Source: Myxococcales bacterium (GTDB lineage: Bacteria > Myxococcota_A > Polyangia > Polyangiales > Houyiibacteriaceae). Taken from it: a stretch of DNA of 64,000 nt. Each line of letters opens with the position of its first letter. Within the stretch, counting starts at the first letter, position 1. A model generated the notes under the pieces. The model did no database searches and was not told the origin of the DNA. It saw nothing but the letters and a program-made list of their open reading frames with translations. The translations under genes were made by a program, and so were the position numbers. The stretch is taken from positions 1,837-65,836 of the forward strand of contig JAGQJE010000206.1 of NCBI GenBank assembly GCA_020430775.1. Direction: 5' to 3'. Positions 38,499 to 48,662 of this stretch are shown one piece after another.

Positions 38499-40223
38499 AT
38501 GAAGCGCAAGGGCTCACCGACCGAGGCAGATCGGGCGCTCGCGCGCGCGAAGGAGGCGTGGGAGCGCGAGCTCGTCGAGCCGGCGACCGCGCGGCGCCCG
38601 CTCCGGCGTGAGCGGTTCACGACGCACGGCGGGATCGAGGTGCCCGCGCTCGCTACCCCGCTCGACGTGCCGGAGCTCAGCGGCGCCGGCGAGGCGCCTG
38701 CGCAGGCGGAGGGCTACCAGGCGCGGCTCGGCTTCCCGGGGCAGTACCCCTTCACTCGCGGCGTGCAGCCGACGATGTACCGCGGTCGCCTGTGGACGAT
38801 GCGCATGTTCGCCGGCTTTGGGACGCCGAAGGACACGAACGAGCGCTTTCACTACCTGCTCGCCGAGGGCCAGACGGGGCTGTCGACCGCCTTCGATTTC
38901 CCGACGCTCATGGGCTACGACAGCGACTCTCCGCGAGCGCTCGGCGAGGTCGGGATGTGCGGCGTCGCGGTGGACACCCTGCGCGACATGGAGGCGCTCT
39001 TCGACGGCATCCCCCTCGACGCGGTGACGACGTCCATGACCATCAACGGTCCGGCGATCGTGCTGCTCGCCTTCTACATCGCGCTCGCGGACGCGCGCGG
39101 TATCCCGCGCGATCGGATCGGCGGCACCGTCCAGAACGACTGCCTGAAGGAGTTCATCGCGCAGCACGCGTGGGTCGTGCCGCCGCGGCCTGCGATGCGG
39201 CTCGTCACGGACATGATCGAGTTCTGCACGGCCGAGGTACCGCGCTGGAACACCGTGAGCATCAGCGGCTACCACATCCGCGAGGCCGGCTCGACGGCGG
39301 CCCAGGAGCTCGCGTTCACGCTCGCCGACGGCCTCGAGTACGTGAAGTGGGCGGTCGAGCGCGGCCTCGACGTCGACGCGTTCGCGCCGCGGCTGTCGTT
39401 TTTCTTCGACGTCCACAACGACTTCTTCGAAGAGATCGCGAAGTTCCGCGCCGCGCGCAGGCTGTGGGCGAGGCTGATGCGCGAGCGCTTCGGCGCGAAG
39501 GATCCGCGCTCGCTGATGCTGCGGACGCATGCGCAGACGGCGGGCGTCTCGCTCACGGCGCAGCAGCCGTACAACAACATCGCGCGCGTCGCGCTCCAGG
39601 CGATGGCCGCCGTGCTCGGGGGCACGCAGTCGCTGCACACGAACAGCCTCGACGAGGTCTACGCGCTGCCCACCGAGGAGTCCGTGCAGGTGGCCCTGCG
39701 CACGCAGCAGATCGTCGCCGAGGAGTCCGGCGTCGCGAACACGATCGACCCGCTCGGCGGCAGCTACTTCGTCGAGTGGCTCACCGATCGCCTCGAGCGC
39801 GAGGCGATGGAGTACATCGACCGCATCGACGACTACGGCGGGATGGTCGACGCGATCGAGCGCGGCTACCCGCAGCGAGAGGTCGCGAGCTCGGCGTATC
39901 GCCTCCAGCAAGAGATCGAGCGTGGCGAACGGAACGTCGTCGGCGTGAACGCCTACGAGAGCGAGGCCGAGCCCGACATCCCGACGCTGCGCATCGACGA
40001 GGTGAAGCAGCGCGGGCAGATCGACGCGCTCCGGCGGCTCAAGGCCGAGCGCGACGGCGCCGCGGTCGAGCGCGCGCTCGGGGCGGTGCGCGCTGCCTGT
40101 CGCGGCAGCGACAACCTCATGCCTCCCCTCATCGCCGCCGCGCGCGCGTACTGCACCGAGCAAGAGCTGTGCGACGTCTTTCGGCAGACGTTCGGCGAGC
40201 ACTCGGACCGACCGGAGTTCTGA
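38499..40223 (+). CDS. Adenosylcobalamin-dependent acyl-CoA mutase, large substrate-binding subunit only; isobutyryl-CoA-mutase-type residues
   Basis: MCM-family TIM-barrel motifs: [73 protein letters not shown]. Phe (RMFAGF) and Gln (IAQ) occupy the positions of MCM Tyr89 and Arg207. No C-terminal B12-binding domain (574 aa). Confidence 0.88.
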   Translation: MKRKGSPTEADRALARAKEAWERELVEPATARRPLRRERFTTHGGIEVPALATPLDVPELSGAGEAPAQAEGYQARLGFPGQYPFTRGVQPTMYRGRLWTMRMFAGFGTPKDTNERFHYLLAEGQTGLSTAFDFPTLMGYDSDSPRALGEVGMCGVAVDTLRDMEALFDGIPLDAVTTSMTINGPAIVLLAFYIALADARGIPRDRIGGTVQNDCLKEFIAQHAWVVPPRPAMRLVTDMIEFCTAEVPRWNTVSISGYHIREAGSTAAQELAFTLADGLEYVKWAVERGLDVDAFAPRLSFFFDVHNDFFEEIAKFRAARRLWARLMRERFGAKDPRSLMLRTHAQTAGVSLTAQQPYNNIARVALQAMAAVLGGTQSLHTNSLDEVYALPTEESVQVALRTQQIVAEESGVANTIDPLGGSYFVEWLTDRLEREAMEYIDRIDDYGGMVDAIERGYPQREVASSAYRLQQEIERGERNVVGVNAYESEAEPDIPTLRIDEVKQRGQIDALRRLKAERDGAAVERALGAVRAACRGSDNLMPPLIAAARAYCTEQELCDVFRQTFGEHSDRPEF

Positions 40224-40225
40224 GC

Positions 40226-40960
40226 GTGTCAGTGACCTCGGAGCGCACCCAAGAAGCGTTCACCTGCCTCGACGGACGCCGCGACGCGCCGGTCGTGCTG
40301 ACCTGCGAGCACGCCTCGGACCGGTTGCCCGAGCCATGGCGTTGGCCCGCGGAGGACGCTCGTCTGCGGGGTACGCACTGGACGCACGACCTCGGCGCGG
40401 CGGAGCTGACGGCCGAGCTCGCGCGCGCGCTCGACCTGCCGGCGGTGCTGTCGCGCTTCACCCGGTTGCTCGTCGACCCGAACCGAGGCGAGGACGAGGC
40501 CGGCCTGTTTCGCCGAGTCGCGGAGGGCGCGCCCGTCGCGCTCAACGAGGGGCTCGACGCGGCCGAGCGCGAGCGGCGGCTCGCCGCGTACCACCGCCCC
40601 TACCACGGCGCCGTCCATGCCATGGTCGCCGAGAGCGACGCGCAGACCGTGCTCTCGATGCACTCCTTCACGCCGCTGTACGAGGGGCGGGCGCGCCCCA
40701 TGCACATCGGTGTGCTCTTCAACCACGAGGAGGCGCTCGCCGGCGAGGTGGCACGGGCGCTCGTGGGCGCTGGGTTTCTGGTCGCGCTGAACGAGCCCTA
40801 CTCGGGGCGCGAGGGACTCATCTACGCGGCGGAGCGGCACGCCGGCACCCACGGACGTCGCGCCCTCGAGCTCGAGGTGCGCCAGGACCTCGCGACCGAC
40901 CCGTCCGCCCGCCGACAGATCGTTGGGGCGCTCGCGCGCTTCTTCGCGGCAGCCGGCTAA
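40226..40960 (+). CDS. N-formylglutamate amidohydrolase (FGase)-family hydrolase
   Basis: Motif order LTCEHASDRLP, THWTHDLGA, SRFTRLLVDPNRG, YHRPYHGAV, SMHSFTP, LNEPYSG. GTG start is 2 nt after the mutase stop; an alternative GTG is at 40232. Confidence 0.8.
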   Translation: MSVTSERTQEAFTCLDGRRDAPVVLTCEHASDRLPEPWRWPAEDARLRGTHWTHDLGAAELTAELARALDLPAVLSRFTRLLVDPNRGEDEAGLFRRVAEGAPVALNEGLDAAERERRLAAYHRPYHGAVHAMVAESDAQTVLSMHSFTPLYEGRARPMHIGVLFNHEEALAGEVARALVGAGFLVALNEPYSGREGLIYAAERHAGTHGRRALELEVRQDLATDPSARRQIVGALARFFAAAG

Positions 40961-40967
40961 GCCCCGA

Positions 40968-41549
40968 TCAAGGCACGGCGACGCCTGCCTCGCCCAGCAG
41001 GGCGACGACCTGCACGAGCGGGAGCCCCTCGATGGCGGTGCAGTCGTCCCCCTGCATTCGTTCGAAGAGCGCCACGCCGAGCCCCTCGATCTTGTAGCTG
41101 CCGGCGCAGTCGATCGGCTGCTCGGCGTCGACGTAGCGAGCGATCGCCTCCGGTGAGAGCGCCCGCATCTGCATCGAGTGGACGACGAGCCGCGACGCTT
41201 CGAAGCCGCCCGGGCCGAGCAACGTCACCGCCGTCACCAGGCGGTGGGTGCGCGCCGCGAGGCGCGCGAGCTGCGCGCGGGCTCCCGCGGCGTCCCCGGG
41301 CTTGCCCAGGATGTCGCCGTCGAGCTCGACGACCTGGTCCGAGCCGAGCACCAGCGCTTCCGGCCGCCGGGCGTGCACGCTCTGCGCCTTCATCCGCGCG
41401 AGGGTCGTCGTGAGCGCATCGGCGGGCAGCCCGAGGCGCGCGACAGCCGCCTCGTCGCAGCGCGGCGCGATCGCCTCGAAGGGGACGCGCAGGCGGGCGA
41501 GCAGGGCCCGGCGATACGGCGACGTGGAGGCGAGCACGAGCGGCGGCAT
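40968..41549 (-). CDS. maf: Maf-family nucleoside triphosphate pyrophosphatase (septum formation protein Maf/YceF-like)
   Basis: LVLASTSPYRRALL..L..PFE, LGSDQVV..DG.ILGKP, AGSYKIEGLG. Start re-set to ATG 41549; the rest of the track's 510-aa ORF is a shadow. Confidence 0.88.
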   Translation of the reverse strand: MPPLVLASTSPYRRALLARLRVPFEAIAPRCDEAAVARLGLPADALTTTLARMKAQSVHARRPEALVLGSDQVVELDGDILGKPGDAAGARAQLARLAARTHRLVTAVTLLGPGGFEASRLVVHSMQMRALSPEAIARYVDAEQPIDCAGSYKIEGLGVALFERMQGDDCTAIEGLPLVQVVALLGEAGVAVP

Positions 41550-41666
41550 GCGGGCATCGTAGTACGCGCGGTGCGGCGACGTTCGACGCGCACGCCGCGC
41601 GCCACCGATCTCCGGTCGCCGACGCCGCTGGACCGGCAAAGTGGCGCGCTCCAGACTCGCCGCATC

Positions 41667-42620
41667 ATGGAACGACGACGGATCGGCGGGTCGCCGCTCT
41701 CGGTGCTCATCGACGGCCCTCAGGACGGCCCGCTCGTGCTCTGCCTGCACGGCTTCCCCGACATCCCGCTCGGGTGGGCGCCCGTGATGACGCGCCTCGC
41801 CGCCGCCGGCTATCGCGTCGTCGCGCCCTGGATGCGCGGCTACGCGCCATCGCCGATCGAGGGCCCATACGACGTCGCGAGCCTCGGCGCGGACGTGCTG
41901 CGCATCGCGGACGCGCTGAGCCCGGCGGCGCCGGTCCGGGTGCTCGGCCACGACTGGGGGGCGATGGTCGTCTATCCGCTCCTCGCCGCGCGACCGGATC
42001 GCTTCGCGAGCGCCGTGACCTTGGCCGTCCCGCACCCATTCGCCATCGAGCGGAACATCCTGCGTCATCCGTCGCAGTTTCGGCGGAGCGGATACATCGG
42101 GTTCTTTCAACTTCGCGGGCTCGCCGACGCGGCCGCTTCCCGGGACGACTTCGCGCTCGTCGAGGGCCTGTGGCGGCGGTGGTCTCCGGACTTCGATCCA
42201 GGCGAGGGCTACTGGAGCGAGCTGCGCCGCTGCTTCGAGGTGAGCGCGCCGGCTCCGCTCCGGTACTATCGCGCGCTGTGGCACCCGCGCTCGCTCGCCT
42301 ACCTGCGGCGCGTGCTCTCGTCGAACGCCCGCAAGCTCGCCGTCCCCACGATGTACCTGCACGGCGCGCGCGACGGGTGCATGTCCGCCGACATGGCGCG
42401 CGGGCAAGAGGCGTACTTCGGCGCGGGCTTCGAGCAGGTGACGCTCGAAGGGACGGGTCACTTCGCGCAGATCGAGCGACCCGACGAAGTCACCGAGCAC
42501 GCGCTCCGGTGGTTCGAGCCCGCTCGCACGCCGCTGGTCGGGGCTGCTAGACCCCGACCAGCGCGAGCTGGCGCTTTCGGCCGTTGCCCGGGTGCGGCTG
42601 AATCGGGTAGCACCCGCTGA
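41667..42620 (+). CDS. Alpha/beta-fold hydrolase (epoxide hydrolase / haloalkane dehalogenase-like, Asp nucleophile)
   Basis: LCLHGFPD oxyanion motif, nucleophile elbow [10 protein letters not shown]-terminal His in [14 protein letters not shown]. Start re-set to ATG 41667. The 3' tail overlaps the purF 3' end by 74 nt (convergent). Confidence 0.83.
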   Translation: MERRRIGGSPLSVLIDGPQDGPLVLCLHGFPDIPLGWAPVMTRLAAAGYRVVAPWMRGYAPSPIEGPYDVASLGADVLRIADALSPAAPVRVLGHDWGAMVVYPLLAARPDRFASAVTLAVPHPFAIERNILRHPSQFRRSGYIGFFQLRGLADAAASRDDFALVEGLWRRWSPDFDPGEGYWSELRRCFEVSAPAPLRYYRALWHPRSLAYLRRVLSSNARKLAVPTMYLHGARDGCMSADMARGQEAYFGAGFEQVTLEGTGHFAQIERPDEVTEHALRWFEPARTPLVGAARPRPARAGAFGRCPGAAESGSTR

Positions 42621-44109
42621 AGCACGCGTCGCAGAACCCCTTGCCGCTCGGGTCGCCGCCGACCGCGCGGTGCAGGCCCTCGAGGGAGAGGTAGCCGAGG
42701 GAGTCCGCTGTCACGAAGTGGGCGATCTGCTCGGGGCTGTACTTCGACGCGATGAGCTCCGCGCGGTTCGGCGTGTCGATGCCGTAGTAGCAGGGCCACC
42801 GGGTCGGTGGGGAGCTGATGCGCAGGTGCACTTCGCTGGCGCCGGCGTCGCGGATCATCTTGACGATCTTGCGGCTCGTCGTGCCGCGGACGATGGAGTC
42901 GTCGATCACGGCGACGCGCTTGCCGCGCAGGACGTTCTCCACCGGGTGCAGCTTCAGGCGGACGCCGAAGTGGCGGATGCTCTGTTGCGGCTCGATGAAG
43001 GTGCGCCCGACGTAGTGGCTGCGGATGAGGCCCAGCTCGAAGGGGATGCCCGTCGCGTTCGAGAACCCGAGGGCCGCGGCGACCCCGCTGTCCGGTACGG
43101 GGATGACGATATCCGCGTCGACCGGGCGATCGGCGGCGAGCTGCTCACCCATTCGCTTGCGCGCTTCGTAGACGCTGATGCCGCCGAACGAGGCGTCCGG
43201 GCGCGCGAAGTACACGTACTCGAAGACGCACATCTTCCGCTCCGGCAGGCGCTTTCCGAAGGGGAAGAGGCGCTGCATGCCGAACTCGTTGAACACGAGC
43301 ATCTCGCCGGGCTCGATGTCGCGGACGAACTGCGCGCCGATGAGCTGAAACGCCGGCGGCTCGGACGCGACGACGAAGGCGTCGCCGAGCTGGCCGAGGC
43401 AGAGCGGCCGGAAACCGAGCGGGTCGCGGACCGCGATGAGCGCGTCAGGCGACAAGAACACCAACGAGTAGGCCCCCTCGACGCGGTGCAGGGCGTCCGA
43501 GACGCGGCTGACCATGTCCGCCGCGCGCGAGCGGGCGATGAGGTGGATGAAGACCTCCGTGTCGCTGTCCGAGGAGAAGATGGAGCCGCTCTCTTCGAGC
43601 TCGTCGCGCAGCACGTCGGCGTTGATCAGGTTGCCGTTGTGGGCGACGGCGATCGAGCCGTGGCCGCTGTCGACCGCGAGCGGCTGGGCGTTCTTGATGT
43701 GGCTGCTGCCGCTCGTCGAATACCGCACGTGGCCGATGGCCTCGGTGCCCGGGAGGCGATCGAGCACTGCCTCGGTGAACACGTCCTGCACGAGCCCGAG
43801 CCCCCGGTGCACGAAGAGCTGCTCGCCGTTGCCCGTGACGATGCCGGCGGCTTCCTGGCCGCGGTGCTGGAGCGCGTGTAGGCCGAGGTAGGCGAGGTTT
43901 GCGGCCTCGTCGGCTCCGTACACACCGAACACGCCGCATTCGTCGTGGAAGTGGTCGTCGCCCGGTCCTTCGTCTCGCACGGGCGGTACATAGTACCGGC
44001 CGGGCGGGACGTCCACGGCGGAGCAGGGACGCGCTCGAGAACGAGCCCGCGCGAGGGGACAGGCACGGGCGTTGGTACGGGTTTGGTCTGAGCCGTGCGG
44101 CTCGTGCAT
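42547..44109 (-). CDS. purF: Amidophosphoribosyltransferase
   Basis: Ntn-type Cys in [15 protein letters not shown] loop [13 protein letters not shown], and C-terminal Cys cluster [10 protein letters not shown]. The true start is probably downstream of ATG 44109 (in-frame GTGs at 44016 and 43980), since early codons have poor G/C third positions. Confidence 0.92.
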   Translation of the reverse strand: MHEPHGSDQTRTNARACPLARARSRARPCSAVDVPPGRYYVPPVRDEGPGDDHFHDECGVFGVYGADEAANLAYLGLHALQHRGQEAAGIVTGNGEQLFVHRGLGLVQDVFTEAVLDRLPGTEAIGHVRYSTSGSSHIKNAQPLAVDSGHGSIAVAHNGNLINADVLRDELEESGSIFSSDSDTEVFIHLIARSRAADMVSRVSDALHRVEGAYSLVFLSPDALIAVRDPLGFRPLCLGQLGDAFVVASEPPAFQLIGAQFVRDIEPGEMLVFNEFGMQRLFPFGKRLPERKMCVFEYVYFARPDASFGGISVYEARKRMGEQLAADRPVDADIVIPVPDSGVAAALGFSNATGIPFELGLIRSHYVGRTFIEPQQSIRHFGVRLKLHPVENVLRGKRVAVIDDSIVRGTTSRKIVKMIRDAGASEVHLRISSPPTRWPCYYGIDTPNRAELIASKYSPEQIAHFVTADSLGYLSLEGLHRAVGGDPSGKGFCDACFSGCYPIQPHPGNGRKRQLALVGV

Positions 44110-44141
44110 CGCGTACGCGCCTGTTTTATCTTCCAGCGCGC

Positions 44142-46844
44142 ATGGCGAGGGTGCTTCAGCGGGTCGAGGCGCTGGTCCCGAGGCGGGTCACAGGGTTCGG
44201 CGGGAAAGCGAAGAACCTCGCGCAGCTCGCGAGGGCTGGCTTCCCCGTGCCGCTGGCGTTCGCCATGTCGAGCCGCGTCTGCGAGGAGGCCCTGCGCCTG
44301 GCGCTCGACGAGGACGAGCTGCCGTCCGCGCTGCTGATGTCAGGGCGCCTCGACGACGCCCTGCTCGCGGAGCTCCGCGCGCGTGTGTGCGCCGCGCCGC
44401 TCAGCGGTCCGGTCGCGTCCGAGCTGCGCGACGCGTTCGAGGCCCTTCGTCGCGATGGCGCGCCCGCCGTAGCGGTCCGCTCGTCGTCGACGCAGGAAGA
44501 CCTCGAGCTCGCGTCCGCGGCGGGGCTGCACACGACGCGCCTGAACGTGCAGCGCTACGACGAGCTGGTCGACGCGGTGCGTGCGTGCTGGGCGAGCCTG
44601 CTCTCACGGCCCGTGCTGACCTACCTGCAGCGCTCGGGCGGCGTGCCGGAGCTGGCCGTCGGCGTCGTGATCCAAGAGATGGTGCCGGCCGAGCTCGCCG
44701 GCGTCCTCTTCACGGCGAACCCGCTCACCGGCGACGCGAGCGAGATGGTCATCGACGCGTCGTACGGCCTCGGCGAGCTCGTGGTCGAGGGCCGCGTCGC
44801 GCCCGACACCGTCCGCGTCGACAAGGACAGCGGCGCCTACCGCGATCGGGTCCTCGGCGACAAGGCGATGCGCTCGGTCTGCGCGGACAGCGCCGGCGTG
44901 CGCGTCGAGCCGGTCCCTGACCCGATGCGCGAGCGCCTCTGCGTGAGCGACGAGCTGGTCGCGCGGCTCCGCGAGCTCGGAGAGCGCGTCGAGACGTGCT
45001 TCGGCCGCCCGATGGACGTCGAGTGGGCGACCGTCGGCGAGGCGGTCTACGTGCTGCAAGCGCGTCCGATCACGACGGTCCTCACCGCGCCTGTCCGCTC
45101 CCGCCGCCGCCGCGAGGAGCCGCGCGACCGCGAGTCGCTCGTGTGGAGCAACGTGAACATCGGCGAGGCCCTCCCGGGAGTAGCGACGCCGCTCACCTGG
45201 TCGGTGCTCAGCCACTTCAGCGACCTCGGGTTCCGCCGCGCGTTCGCCTCGGTCGGCTGCCACGTCCCCCGCGACGCCGAGCTCGTCGGCGCGTTCCGCG
45301 GGCGGATCTACCTAAACCTGACGGAGATCATGGAGATCTTCTCGCAGGTGCCGTGGGTCCGGCCCCGCACGCTGATGGCCTTCGGTGGTGGGGGCGCCGT
45401 CGACCTGCTCGAGGCTCGCTTCGAGCCCAAAGGCTCCGCGCGCTTCGTCTCGAGGCTGCCCTTCACCGTCGCGCGCCTCGTGCGGTCGAGCCACGACCTC
45501 ACCGCGAAGGTCGAGGACGCCGAGCGTCGGTTCGTTGCCGAGCGAGGGAGGCTCGCGGCGATCGACCCTCGCCTCCTCGCGCCGGCGGCGCTGTCGCAGA
45601 TGCTGACCGACGTCCAGCACCTGCTCGACGAGATCGGCGCCACGATGCTCACCGTCTACGGCGACCTGCTCGGCGCGTCGGTCCTGCTGCGGGGCGCCCT
45701 TCGGCTCCTGGCCCACGACGACGCCGAGGCTCTGCAGCGCGACCTCGTGACCGGCTTGTACGATCTCGACAGCGCCGCGCCGGGGCTCGCGCTCTGGCAT
45801 GTCGCCGAGGTCGCCCGTCGCGACGACGCCGCGCGCGAGGCGATCCTCTCCTGCGACCCGAGCGCGATGTCCCTCACCCGCCTCCCGGACGGACGGACGC
45901 GGCAGGCGCTCGCCGGTTTCCTCGAGGTCTACGGGCACCGCGGCGCGCGCGAGGCCGAGATCGCCGCCCCCCGCTGGCGCGAAGACCCCGGCTTCCTCTT
46001 CGCGACGCTGAAGCTCCACCTCCGGGACGAGGCGCCGTCGCCGACCGAGCTCGAGCGCCGCCAACGAGACGCACGCCGCCGCGCCTGGGCCGAACTATCG
46101 CGCCGCGTCCCGAGCCCCCTCCGACCGCCGCTGCGCAAGCTCCTAGAGGTCGTCTCGCGGCTCACGAGGACGCGCGAGCGGCTCCGCGGGCACGTCACCG
46201 AGGTGCTGGGGCTGTACCGCGTCGTCGCGCTCGACACGGCCCGCCGCGTCGAGGCCGCGGAGCCCGAGGCGGGTCCGGACGCCGCCTTCTTTCTCACGGT
46301 GCCCGAGCTGCACGAGCTGCTCCGCGGCGGCGGAGTGCGCGTCGCCCTGCGCGTCGCGTCTCGCCGGCGGCAATACGAGCGCGACTGCGCGCTACCGAGT
46401 CCGCCGGACACCTTCGTCGGCTACCCGCCGCCGGTCGCGCTTCCCCAGGTCGCGACCGACGGGACGACGCTCGTCGGCATCGGCGCGAGCGGTGGCCGGT
46501 ACACCGGCCGCGCGCGCGTGCTCGAGCGACCGGAGGACGCGTCGTCCTTCCGCCCGGGTGAGGTGATCGTCACGACCGCCGCCGACGTCGGCTGGTCGCC
46601 CCTGTTTCTGCTCGCGGGCGGAGTCGTCACCGATCTCGGTGGGCCGCTCTCGCACGCGGCGATCGTCCTGCGCGAGTACGGGGTGCCCGCCGTCGTCAAC
46701 GTGAAGCGCGGGACGGAGGTGCTCCAGACGGGGACGCGCCTGCGGGTGGACGGCGATCGGGGTTTGGTCGAGGTGCTCGGCGACCACGAGGAGGAGGACC
46801 AGGCGGTCGCGCAGGACAGCGGCCCGGAGCGGTCCTCCGGATGA
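44142..46844 (+). CDS. PEP-utilising phosphotransferase of the PpsA-like / rifampin-phosphotransferase-like architecture (ATP-grasp N-terminus, central domain, C-terminal swivel His domain)
   Basis: N-terminus [42 protein letters not shown]...[10 protein letters not shown]-terminus [14 protein letters not shown]...[47 protein letters not shown]. Start re-set to ATG 44142. Confidence 0.85.
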   Translation: MARVLQRVEALVPRRVTGFGGKAKNLAQLARAGFPVPLAFAMSSRVCEEALRLALDEDELPSALLMSGRLDDALLAELRARVCAAPLSGPVASELRDAFEALRRDGAPAVAVRSSSTQEDLELASAAGLHTTRLNVQRYDELVDAVRACWASLLSRPVLTYLQRSGGVPELAVGVVIQEMVPAELAGVLFTANPLTGDASEMVIDASYGLGELVVEGRVAPDTVRVDKDSGAYRDRVLGDKAMRSVCADSAGVRVEPVPDPMRERLCVSDELVARLRELGERVETCFGRPMDVEWATVGEAVYVLQARPITTVLTAPVRSRRRREEPRDRESLVWSNVNIGEALPGVATPLTWSVLSHFSDLGFRRAFASVGCHVPRDAELVGAFRGRIYLNLTEIMEIFSQVPWVRPRTLMAFGGGGAVDLLEARFEPKGSARFVSRLPFTVARLVRSSHDLTAKVEDAERRFVAERGRLAAIDPRLLAPAALSQMLTDVQHLLDEIGATMLTVYGDLLGASVLLRGALRLLAHDDAEALQRDLVTGLYDLDSAAPGLALWHVAEVARRDDAAREAILSCDPSAMSLTRLPDGRTRQALAGFLEVYGHRGAREAEIAAPRWREDPGFLFATLKLHLRDEAPSPTELERRQRDARRRAWAELSRRVPSPLRPPLRKLLEVVSRLTRTRERLRGHVTEVLGLYRVVALDTARRVEAAEPEAGPDAAFFLTVPELHELLRGGGVRVALRVASRRRQYERDCALPSPPDTFVGYPPPVALPQVATDGTTLVGIGASGGRYTGRARVLERPEDASSFRPGEVIVTTAADVGWSPLFLLAGGVVTDLGGPLSHAAIVLREYGVPAVVNVKRGTEVLQTGTRLRVDGDRGLVEVLGDHEEEDQAVAQDSGPERSSG

Positions 46845-47560
46845 CGCGCGGTGAGCCGACCGTCGTCTGGCGCGACGAGGCCCTGCTCGTGCTCGACAAG
46901 CCGGCCCGGCTCCCGACCACCTCTCCGTCTGGCGGCGACTGCCTGACGGCGCGGGCGCGGGCGATCGACCCCCACGCCCCGCACCTGCACCCCACCTCGC
47001 GGCTCGACGCGGAGGTCACCGGCTTGGTCACGTTCGCGCGCACTCGAGCCGCGAACCGGGTGCTGCTCGAGGCCCGCGCGCAGGGACGCTACCGGAGGCT
47101 CTACCTCGGCATCGCGGCGGCCTCACCCGAGCCGCCCGAGGGCGAGTGGGATTGGCCGATCTCGATCGACGTCCGCGACGCGCGGCTGCGGACGGTGGAA
47201 CCCGGCCCCGGCACCCGCGCCGCACGCACGCGCTACCGGGTCGAGGCGCGCACCGCCGCGGCGACGCTGCTCGCCCTCCGTCCGAGGACGGGGCGCACTC
47301 ACCAGCTCCGGGTCCACGCGGCCGCGGCGGGCGCCCCCCTGCTCGGCGACGTCGCGTACGGGGGCGCGCGGCGCGTGGTGCTCCCGGGTGGCCGAGTCGT
47401 GACGGCGCGGCGCACCATGCTGCACTGCGCGCGGCTCGAGCTGCCGGCCTTCGCGGAGGGCCACCCAACCGGCGAGCGCAAGGTCATCGAGGCGCCGCCC
47501 CCGGAGGACATGCGCCGCGCGTGGGAGGCGCTCGGCGGGGGTGCGCTCGTTCTCGGCTGA
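46841..47560 (+). CDS. RluA-family pseudouridine synthase
   Basis: LVLDKPARLPT, catalytic HPTSRLDAEVTG, GRTHQLRVHAA. ATGA overlap with the upstream phosphotransferase stop. Confidence 0.85.
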   Translation: MTRGEPTVVWRDEALLVLDKPARLPTTSPSGGDCLTARARAIDPHAPHLHPTSRLDAEVTGLVTFARTRAANRVLLEARAQGRYRRLYLGIAAASPEPPEGEWDWPISIDVRDARLRTVEPGPGTRAARTRYRVEARTAAATLLALRPRTGRTHQLRVHAAAAGAPLLGDVAYGGARRVVLPGGRVVTARRTMLHCARLELPAFAEGHPTGERKVIEAPPPEDMRRAWEALGGGALVLG

Positions 47561-47574
47561 GCGCCGCTCGGGAC

Positions 47575-48579
47575 TCAGGCTTCGTCGGGGGCCGGCGGGG
47601 CCGAGAGCGCGGCGATCTCGCGCTCGAGCGTGAGGCGGATCTCGTCCTCGATCTCGAGCGGACCGAGCGCGCTGCGCTCGACGTTGCGCTGGTACACGAA
47701 GACGCGCCCGACCCGCGGCGGCGTGGCGTCGAACTCGATCGCGTCGAGGAGCACCGGCACGCGTGGATCGACGCCCTCGGCGACGACCTCCGCGCCCGGG
47801 ACGGCTTCGGTGACGACGAGCGCGCCCTCGAGCGCCGCGGACTGCGCGCGCGACAGGCGACGGATCGCGCGCTGCACCTGCGCCTCGAACTCGTCTTTAC
47901 GCAGCGACCAGGCGGGCGACGGCTCGCCGAGGTCGAGCTCGCGCGCCTGCAGAAACGCCGCCGCGGCGTCCTCGGTCCTCCCTCGGGCGTCGTGCACGAG
48001 GCCGAGGTAGTAGAACACGTCCGGGTTGCGCACCTCGCTCGCGGCGGCCTTGTGGATGAGCGGCTCCGCGGCGTCGAGGTCCCCCAGCTCGAAGCGCGCC
48101 CGCCCGATGAGAAAGGCGACCTGCTCGCCCTCGTAAGGGCCCTCGGGCAGCGCGGACAACACGGCTCGGGCCCCGTCGTCGTCGCCGAGCTGCACGAGCG
48201 CGTCGACCCTCATCAGGAGCGCATCGGCGTGCTCGTCCGGTGTCTCGCAGAGATCGAGGGCGTCGTCGATGAGGTCGAGCGCGCCCTGGGCGTCCCGCAG
48301 CGGGTGCAAGAGCAGCTCCGCCGCGTTCAGCATGGCCTCGAGGAAGCAGTCGTCGAGATCGATCGCCCGGCGGTAGTGGTCGAGCGCGACGTCCACGTGG
48401 CCCTCCGCCGCGCTGATGTAGCCGATGAGGTTGTAGGCCTCGGGCGCGTCCTCGTCGATCTCGAGGCTCTCCTCCGCCGCGCGCCTGGCGCCCGCGAAGT
48501 CGCCGCGCGCCACGAGATCCCAGCCTCGGTCGAGGTGGGCCGCGAGCGCGTCCATCGGGGTGTCGTCGTTCGAGCGCAT
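47575..48579 (-). CDS. TPR-repeat protein with a C-terminal zincin-like (DUF1025-type) domain lacking HExxH
   Basis: The N-terminal ~220 aa are TPR-like. The C-terminal ~110 aa follow the DUF1025 layout as I remember it (F...V..A...L......L..v.vvV...P...). However, the position of HEIGHH reads LEREIAAL. Domain call is tentative. Confidence 0.65.
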   Translation of the reverse strand: MRSNDDTPMDALAAHLDRGWDLVARGDFAGARRAAEESLEIDEDAPEAYNLIGYISAAEGHVDVALDHYRRAIDLDDCFLEAMLNAAELLLHPLRDAQGALDLIDDALDLCETPDEHADALLMRVDALVQLGDDDGARAVLSALPEGPYEGEQVAFLIGRARFELGDLDAAEPLIHKAAASEVRNPDVFYYLGLVHDARGRTEDAAAAFLQARELDLGEPSPAWSLRKDEFEAQVQRAIRRLSRAQSAALEGALVVTEAVPGAEVVAEGVDPRVPVLLDAIEFDATPPRVGRVFVYQRNVERSALGPLEIEDEIRLTLEREIAALSAPPAPDEA

Positions 48580-48662
48580 GGCGGATGCCGGCCGGGGAAC
48601 GTACGTGGCGCGCTCGCCCGGTCAAGCGGACGCGCGCGCCCTCGGAACACGAGGCTGCGCGC

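Noticed and set aside
42547-42620. The 74-nt convergent overlap between the alpha/beta hydrolase 3' end and the purF 3' end, as a possible antisense regulatory arrangement
   Set aside because: The hydrolase's conserved core ends about 35 codons before its stop. The tail ([17 protein letters not shown]...) looks like read-through until the first chance stop in GC-rich DNA, so the overlap is probably incidental.
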